A stretch of DNA of 54,198 nt, the filler included, from Squatina squatina (taxonomy: Eukaryota), in assembly GCA_031763465.1 (NCBI GenBank). It is 3 parts of 3 records of this genome, joined end to end, with 100 filler letters (N's around TTAATTAATTAA, not from the genome) between each part and the next. Parts side by side here need not be neighbours in the genome. Positions count along the whole stretch, not along the records: positions 35,325 to 54,198 come from JARFOE010000046.1; 2 more parts are not named here. One strand, written 5' to 3'. A model generated the notes under the pieces. That model was not told the DNA's origin and searched no databases. It worked only from the letters and a program-made list of their open reading frames with translations. Positions 49,075-54,198 of this stretch are shown here, piece by piece (within the stretch, counting starts at the first letter, position 1; every line of letters starts with the position of its first letter). The translations under genes were made by a program, and so were the position numbers.

Positions 49075-49185
49075 ATCGAATCATAGAATGCTGGCAGCAC
49101 AACGGTGGTCATTCGGTCCGTCGGGCCTGTGCCGGCTCTCTGCAAGAGCACTTCAGCTCGACCCCTCCCCCGCCATTTCCCAGAG
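49075..49185 (-). mobile_element. CR1 extreme 3' tail fragment
   Basis: gaatcatagaatg...cattcggtccgtcgggcctgtgccggctctctgcaagagc, homologous to 17222-17330. Confidence 0.7.
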
Positions 49186-50146
49186 AAAAAGATTTTTTAT
49201 TTTGCAGGTCTTTCAAAGATTATCGTCAACAGCAACATAAATCATTTAGCAATATCCGTATAAGACACTTCATACCTGAATAGTGTCATTCATTTCACAT
49301 CACAATTACGGCTTGCACGAAGTATATAAATTAGAATATTACATAACATTGTTCGATTCATACAACAAAAGTTTAGTCGATCGGACTTTTTTGATAATCG
49401 CCGCATTGTCATATTGAAAACATTCAGATAATCTTGGGAAATATTCATTTTTGACACATTGGCGCTTCAAGTAAAAGGTTGAAATTTGCTGTTACCGTTT
49501 TAATGATATCCATTAAAAACTGACAAAAGTTAATCTATTCAGTTAATGTCGGCTTTTTGATTTAATCTTTACCCACTATCAATGCTCTGTATCGGCACTT
49601 TCAGATTGCACAGCTGAACCTATTTCCATTATACGGCTATATTAATTAAACAATGTAATTAGATGCGATGTATCTGTGGGTGGGATATGTTTCTACAATA
49701 ATTTTACGTAAAATATTTACATGATAAAACATTTATATCCAAAAAACCCAAAATCTGCTGACACGTAAACTATTTTCTACACCTGTTGGTTCATTTAAAA
49801 TGTAAAGGGTTATAAAATTCAAATGTCAATGGTTTATTCACAGGAGGATCATTAACAGACGCCCTGCTGGCTGCATAGACATAAGCCACAAGGTTCAGTA
49901 ACATCTGCAAGACACATGTTGACCACTGCCAGACAAAAAGCACTTAGTAATATAACGGTCAGCTACTGCTTATCAATAGCACATTGTTTATGAGGTCCTA
50001 TGCTAAATACGTGCTTGCATGTGTGTAGAAACGACAATATGATGTCNNNNNNNNNNNNNNNNNNNNNNNNNNNNNNNNNNNNNNNNNNNNNNNNNNNNNN
50101 NNNNNNNNNNNNNNNNNNNNNNNNNNNNNNNNNNNNNNNNNNNNNN

Positions 50147-50337
50147 GAAATGGTGCCATGGGATCTTTTACATCCACCTAAGCGGGCAGACAGCCTTGGT
50201 TCAACAACATCTCATCTAAAAGACAGCACCTCTGACCGTGCAGTCCTGCATTGGAGTGCTTGGGTCTCTGCAGTGGGACTTGAACCCATGACCGACTGAC
50301 TCGGAGGTGAAATTGCTACCACTGAGCCATGGCTGGC
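50147..50337 (-). mobile_element. SacSINE1-like DeuSINE 5' half with tRNA-derived head
   Basis: gccatgggatcttttacatccacc...gacagcacctctgac...gtgggacttgaaccc (B box) ...ctaccactgagcca (A box). Confidence 0.8.
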
Positions 50338-51769
50338 ACACAAGGATCAGCATTTTAACAGCGGTGTGCAATTGCTTTAAAGTTACATGGGAAACCTCCA
50401 CAGCTGAAACATTTCATCAGTTGGGAATATTTTATTAAATTAATCACTGGTTGAAAGCTATATTTTTAAGATTTAAATCAATTGCTTTCGTTCAGTTGAA
50501 TGGATTGTTCCTTTTAAATTCTTATGAACAGAAAATGCAATTTGAAAGCTTCTTGCTTTACAAAACATTTGACTCTATCCTACTTTTCCTCAGCTTCACT
50601 TTATCCGACACTACCTATCTGAATACTCTGGCAATAAGGGTGACTCAGTGCACGAGGACCAAACAAAGATTGAAGAAGAAATTATCATTGAGATCAACAG
50701 GTAGGGTGCTGTGTGTGGATTATCACGGGGGTTATAATGGCGGAAGGAGCTGGGAGTAAATAGAGTATAAATGTAGAATAAGAAAAGCTTAACTGCTAGC
50801 AGTCTGAAGTTTGGGGACTGATTCGTGTAATGGGTTAGACAGTGGCCGTTTACTTCTGGGACCCGGATACAAATCTAATCCAGACGGGTTAAAGATGCCT
50901 CCTCTTTGTTGCCTGTAAGGGCTCGCTCTGAGCCTGGGCACTGTCAAAGTCCTGGTGGGCATTGGCCCATGGCACAAAACTGCCAGTACTGACTGACTCC
51001 AAATTGGCATTCCTGGCCCAGAGAATGGCTGGTGCAGGTTGATTGAAAGATGTCACACTGGATAAATTTAGGCGAAGTCACATTGGGTGTAAAGTAGGGA
51101 GTTTCACAGTGTATCTAACCATGCTGTGCCTGACTTGAAAATGTTTGATGGGGCAGTGCATTCTACATGGAACCAGTGCTGCCCATGACCAAATGTTCAA
51201 ATGTACACAAAAGGGGCAGGAGAATTTCCAAGAAGACAATCTCTGATCTGCTGTACTTATACCAGCCCACAGTAAATTGAACTACAACTACAAATGAACT
51301 TGGGTGCACCATTACTAACCATTTCAACTGCACACACCACAACTTCACAATCAGTATGAGAAATTATCAGTGAATAGGGAGAGGCCCTTACCAGGGAAAA
51401 AAAAGATTCTCATGTGACCAATTTGATCACGAAATATCATCACACAATTTAAAACATGTTTGGCTACTACATGAAAACACCTTTTAAGTTGCTATTCTTT
51501 GGAAATATTTTCAACACATTAAATTTGTGCTGCGTGGCTGCCCTGAGGCAGCAACCAGTCACATTTTAATTTAATCAGCAAATTTCTTGCTGATGCCGAG
51601 ATAAAGGATTTCAAGTAAAAATCAATGTGGGGTGCTTACAGCGTCTTGAGGATCTGAACTGGTTGAAAGTGTGCTCCTTTTCCTCAGAGACTGGAATCTC
51701 TGTTGGCTCCGCACTGAAAACCGCCTGAAGGACTCCCTGCTCCTGGAAGCGAACTGGAGCGATGCTGAA

Positions 51770-52155
51770 ACATCATAGCACGTGCCCCTGTTGTGATCTT
51801 ACCCTGTTGTGTGCGCAAAGTTGCTGAGATCACCTTTCACTTCTCCCCACCAAAGTCCCAGCGTGGAATCCGCGTAGTGCTGGCCTTGCGCCTCCCATCC
51901 TGATTTGTCAAACTTGGGCAAGGTTTCTGAGCGCCTGATTGGCCCGAGCCAATGACAACACCTGCTCCGTGCCTTCATTCAAGTGACAGAAACGCCAGGG
52001 GCTACGGTTCTGGTATATTTAGTCACCCCCTCGCTCCTTCTCTCTCGATTTCGATTCAGATACGGTACGCGACTGACGCAGCGAGGCGATCGCGTGATCG
52101 GTGAGCAGCGCTTCTCCTGCACAGCGTGCGGCTCCTGACCCCAGCCTTCGCAGCG
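51770..52155 (+). promoter_or_regulatory. STC2 promoter / 5' UTR (CpG-rich)
   Basis: TATATTTA 52014-52021; opposed CCAAT boxes ATTGG 51938-51942 and CCAAT 51949-51953; CACGTG 51779-51784; GCGTG 51861-51865. Confidence 0.7.
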
Positions 52156-52315
52156 ATGTACTCAGTCATGTTCGCGAGTGCACTCACAGCCCTGCTGCTT
52201 TTCACGCGGCCTGATCTCGTTCTTGGAACGGACGAGGCCGACTTACCGGAAAACCACCACGAACGGGCCAAGTTGACCAACCAGCAAAAAGCTCGTCTTT
52301 CGTTACAGAATACAG
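52156..52315 (+). CDS. STC2: Stanniocalcin-2 coding exon 1 (signal peptide)
   Basis: MYSVMFASALTALLLFTRPDLVLGTDEADLPENHHERAKLTNQQKARLSLQNT + G|gtatgt; human STC2 has QQKGRLSLQNTA. Confidence 0.93.
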
Positions 52316-53299
52316 GTATGTGGTCCGAGANNNNNNNNNNNNNNNNNNNNNNNNNNNNNNNNNNNNNNNNNNNNNNNNNNNNNNNNNNNNNNNNNNNNNN
52401 NNNNNNNNNNNNNNNNNNNNNNNNNNNNNNNNNNNNNNNNNNNNNNNNNNNNNNNNNNNNNNNNNNNNNNNNNNNNNNNNNNNNNNNNNNNNNNNNNNNN
52501 NNNNNNNNNNNNNNNNNNNNNNNNNNNNNNNNNNNNNNNNNNNNNNNNNNNNNNNNNNNNNNNNNNNNNNNNNNNNNNNNNNNNNNNNNNNNNNNNNNNN
52601 NNNNNNNNNNNNNNNNNNNNNNNNNNNNNNNNNNNNNNNNNNNNNNNNNNNNNNNNNNNNNNNNNNNNNNNNNNNNNNNNNNNNNNNNNNNNNNNNNNNN
52701 NNNNNNNNNNNNNNNNNNNNNNNNNNNNNNNNNNNNNNNNNNNNNNNNNNNNNNNNNNNNNNNNNNNNNNNNNNNNNNNNNNNNNNNNNNNNNNNNNNNN
52801 NNNNNNNNNNNNNNNNNNNNNNNNNNNNNNNNNNNNNNNNNNNNNNNNNNNNNNNNNNNNNNNNNNNNNNNNNNNNNNNNNNNNNNNNNNNNNNNNNNNN
52901 NNNNNNNNNNNNNNNNNNNNNNNNNNNNNNNNNNNNNNNNNNNNNNNNNNNNNNNNNNNNNNNNNNNNNNNNNNNNNNNNNNNNNNNNNNNNNNNNNNNN
53001 NNNNNNNNNNNNNNNNNNNNNNNNNNNNNNNNNNNNNNNNNNNNNNNNNNNNNNNNNNNNNNNNNNNNNNNNNNNNNNNNNNNNNNNNNNNNNNNNNNNN
53101 NNNNNNNNNNNNNNNNNNNNNNNNNNNNNNNNNNNNNNNNNNNNNNNNNNNNNNNNNNNNNNNNNNNNNNNNNNNNNNNNNNNNNNNNNNNNNNNNNNNN
53201 NNNNNNNNNNNNNNNNNNNNNNNNNNNNNNNNNNNNNNNNNNNNNNNNNNNNNNNNNNNNNNNNNNNNNNNNNNNNNNNNNNNNNNNNNNNNNNNNNNN

Positions 53300-53388
53300 A
53301 TCACCACCTTCTCAAGGACAACTAGGGATGGGTAATAAATGCTGGCCTTGCCAGTGATACCCACATCCCAGGAATGAATTTAAAAAAT
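53300..53388 (+). mobile_element. LINE 3' tail in an STC2 intron
   Basis: caccaccttctcaaggacaactagggatgggtaataaatgctggccttgccagtgatacccacatcccaggaatgaatttaaaaa. Confidence 0.8.
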
Positions 53389-54011
53389 CAGTAGTAAATG
53401 AGTTTTTAAACAGTGTACTAAGTCATAATTATTGCTGAACAACCTCTGTCCCAGAAAAAAAACAAATTTTACAAGTGTGGAGTCTCATTCCCTTAGAAAA
53501 CATTTAAAAATTGCAGTTTTTTTAATAAAATAATTATTTTTGTGTTTTTCATGTAATGCTCCATACTTGCAGCTCATAAGTCACTCTTATCACTTTACCT
53601 ACACCATTCAGAACTACTTTCATCTTCCTGGCTGCAGCCGCGAAATTTGCACGTCAAAAGAATGTATCAGTCAGTGTCATTAACCTTGAAAACAGTCAGC
53701 TTTGAGCTGACTGCCCCTCTAACATATCTTTGCCCCCACACACAGCATTCCATGGGCAATGTAAAAAATTTGACGTCAATGCCTCAGCATTGCCCAATAT
53801 AAAAAATCACGTGAAGTATTAGTCTGGCTTTACAGATAAAATCATTTAAAAATAAATATCAAAAGACGATTTTTAAAAATATATTAAAGTTACTGTTAAG
53901 TGTATGGCTTGTGGCCCTCCCAAATACCTGAGGTAAGCTTTCATCCATGTAAATTAATGCAACTGTACTTTCACAACAATATTACAAGTTATATTCTTAA
54001 AATCTGTCCAG

Positions 54012-54198
54012 GGCAAATCTTTTATTAAAGATACTCTGAAATGTATGGCTCATGGACTGAGAATAAAATTCAGCTGCATCAGTCGTAAGTGCTCCACTAT
54101 CCAGGAGATGGTGTCTCAGCTGCAGCAAGAGTGCTACCTCAAACATGACCTCTGCTTCACCGCCAAGGACAACATTAATGTGGTCGTGGAGATGATTC
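54012..54198 (+). CDS. STC2: Stanniocalcin-2 exon 3 (runs off the window)
   Basis: gtccag|GKSFIKDTLKCMAHGLRIKFSCISRKCSTIQEMVSQLQQECYLKHDLCFTAKDNINVVVEMI vs human GKSFIKDALKCKAHALRHRFGCISRKCPAIREMVSQLQRECYLKHDLC; exon 2 presumably lies in the N gap 52331-53299. Confidence 0.96.

Noticed and set aside
49190-49720. AT-rich but CpG-retaining patch, possible foreign or transposase remnant
   Set aside because: No interpretable ORF or termini found by eye
52303-53364. 345-399 aa ORFs and all other X-containing ORFs
   Set aside because: Artefacts of translating through N gaps

Overview
Eukaryotic, vertebrate genomic DNA, almost certainly from a cartilaginous fish (shark-type CR1 LINEs, SacSINE1-like DeuSINEs, abundant Harbinger derivatives, GPR139-like receptor family). 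It is not one continuous locus: it is a mosaic of short contigs joined by 100-N gaps, and two N-TTAATTAATTAA-N artificial linkers bracket one gap-free 16.35 kb contig (18873-35224). Recognisable host exons are NF2/merlin exon 8, ANTXR2 exon 16, and STC2 exons 1 and 3 with the promoter, plus a degenerate HSP90B1 fragment. The long contig holds two decaying tandem GPR139-like GPCR paralogs and a ~4.7 kb 32-bp satellite interrupted by a LINE. It also holds the 3' end of an endogenous LTR element whose decayed env looks like a paramyxo/pneumovirus F-type fusion protein (lokiretrovirus-like), the most interesting item here. Other highlights are Penelope-type repeats carrying a minimal hammerhead-ribozyme motif, both Harbinger genes (transposase and Myb/SANT) in separate defective copies, nested MITEs with visible TSDs, and a symmetric CRE-centred motif cluster in an STC2 intron. 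All family assignments are by eye and from recalled sequences; no searches were run.
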